Assembly: GCA_052090405.1 (NCBI GenBank)
Contig: JBQDAV010000004.1
Coordinates: 11,345 to 75,344, forward strand
Reading direction: 5' to 3'
Length of the DNA stretch: 64,000 nucleotides
From: Luteimonas sp.
GTDB taxonomy: Bacteria > Pseudomonadota > Gammaproteobacteria > Xanthomonadales > Xanthomonadaceae
A model generated the notes under the pieces. It saw only the letters and a program-made list of their open reading frames with translations. It was not told the origin of the DNA and ran no database searches. The number at the start of each line of letters is the position of its first letter. Positions within the stretch are counted from its first letter, which is position 1. A program made the translations under genes and the position numbers. Shown here one piece after another: positions 63,328 through 64,000 of this stretch.

Positions 63328-64000
63328 GCGGGCCGGAACGGGCTTCCACCCCGATGCTGATCGCCGCGGCCGAAGTCCTCGCAGCCCGCGGCGAAGGACA
63401 CGACTGCCTGCGCGCGCCCCTGGCCCGCGCATGCCTGGACCGCTGCGGCGCGCCGGGCACACGACTGCTGCGCCTGGCCGGGTCGGCACCCGGACGCGCG
63501 CTCCTGCGCCTGGCGGAGTTCGCCATGCTGCCGGGCATTGCCGCCCACTACGCCTGGCGCAAGCGACGCATATGGCGCTGGGTGGAGGGCGGAGTGGCGG
63601 CCGGCGCGCGGCAGCTGCTGGTGCTTGGCGCGGGGTTCGACGCGCTGGGGCCACGCATGGCCAGCAGGCATCCATCGCTGCGGGTGCTTGAAATCGACCG
63701 CCCCGGCACGATCGCCGTGCGGGCGCCGGCGCTGCGGGCGTGCGGCGTTTGCACGCCGCGGCTGACGCAGCACGCTGCCGACCTGGCAGCGGAGGGCCTG
63801 GCCAGCGCACTGCAACGGACCGGGCCAGCCGGCTTTTCCCGCGACGCGCGCACGATCGTGGTCGCCGAAGGCCTGCTGATGTACCTGCCGCTGACGGCTG
63901 TAGCCAAGCTGTGCCGCGACCTGCAGACGCAGTTGCGCGCACCGGTGGGCATCATCGCCTCGGCGATGGAGTGCGATGCCCGGTCGACACCGGGATTCCG
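63324..64000 (+). CDS. Class I SAM-dependent methyltransferase, LCM family (runs off window end; absent from ORF track)
   Basis: ATGA overlap with the oxidoreductase stop; manual translation gives ARQLLVLGAGFDA, VLEIDRP, AADL, IVVAEGLLMYL with no stop seen before 64000. Confidence 0.85.
   Translation, partial: MSGPERASTPMLIAAAEVLAARGEGHDCLRAPLARACLDRCGAPGTRLLRLAGSAPGRALLRLAEFAMLPGIAAHYAWRKRRIWRWVEGGVAAGARQLLVLGAGFDALGPRMASRHPSLRVLEIDRPGTIAVRAPALRACGVCTPRLTQHAADLAAEGLASALQRTGPAGFSRDARTIVVAEGLLMYLPLTAVAKLCRDLQTQLRAPVGIIASAMECDARSTPGF

Overview
High-GC gammaproteobacterial chromosome segment. Gene content and order point to Xanthomonadaceae/Lysobacteraceae (Luteimonas/Lysobacter-like); this is inference, not a database result. 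The backbone is mostly housekeeping: phoR-ppk1-ppx, dxs, thrS-infC-rpmI-rplT-pheS-pheT-ihfA-merR-tRNA-Pro, tRNA-Val, uvrB, tRNA-Asn, ppnN, grxD, purEK, nadC, sspAB, petABC, miaB and an ABC/HlyD exporter. Accessory or unusual parts: (i) an operon joining a secreted M14 carboxypeptidase, ECF sigma, FecR, TonB-dependent transducer and secreted AbgB-like M20 amidohydrolase; (ii) a deletion scar fusing a BapA-like adhesin N-terminus to an unrelated C-terminal gene fragment at a small hairpin; (iii) an A/T-richer minor-pilin cassette fimT/U-pilVWXY1E plus a separate GRxR-type FimT; (iv) an Oar-like TonB receptor with a near-consensus Pho box promoter; (v) an intact Fe/Mn-SOD homologue lacking two of four metal ligands; (vi) an XRE regulator / FAD oxidoreductase / methyltransferase locus running off the window end. 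Regulatory signals include a candidate thrS attenuator, an AUC start for infC, a G9 tract inside the dxs promoter spacer and dispersed REP-like palindromes. No CRISPR array, integrase, transposase or rRNA was seen. All product calls come from motif recognition by eye.
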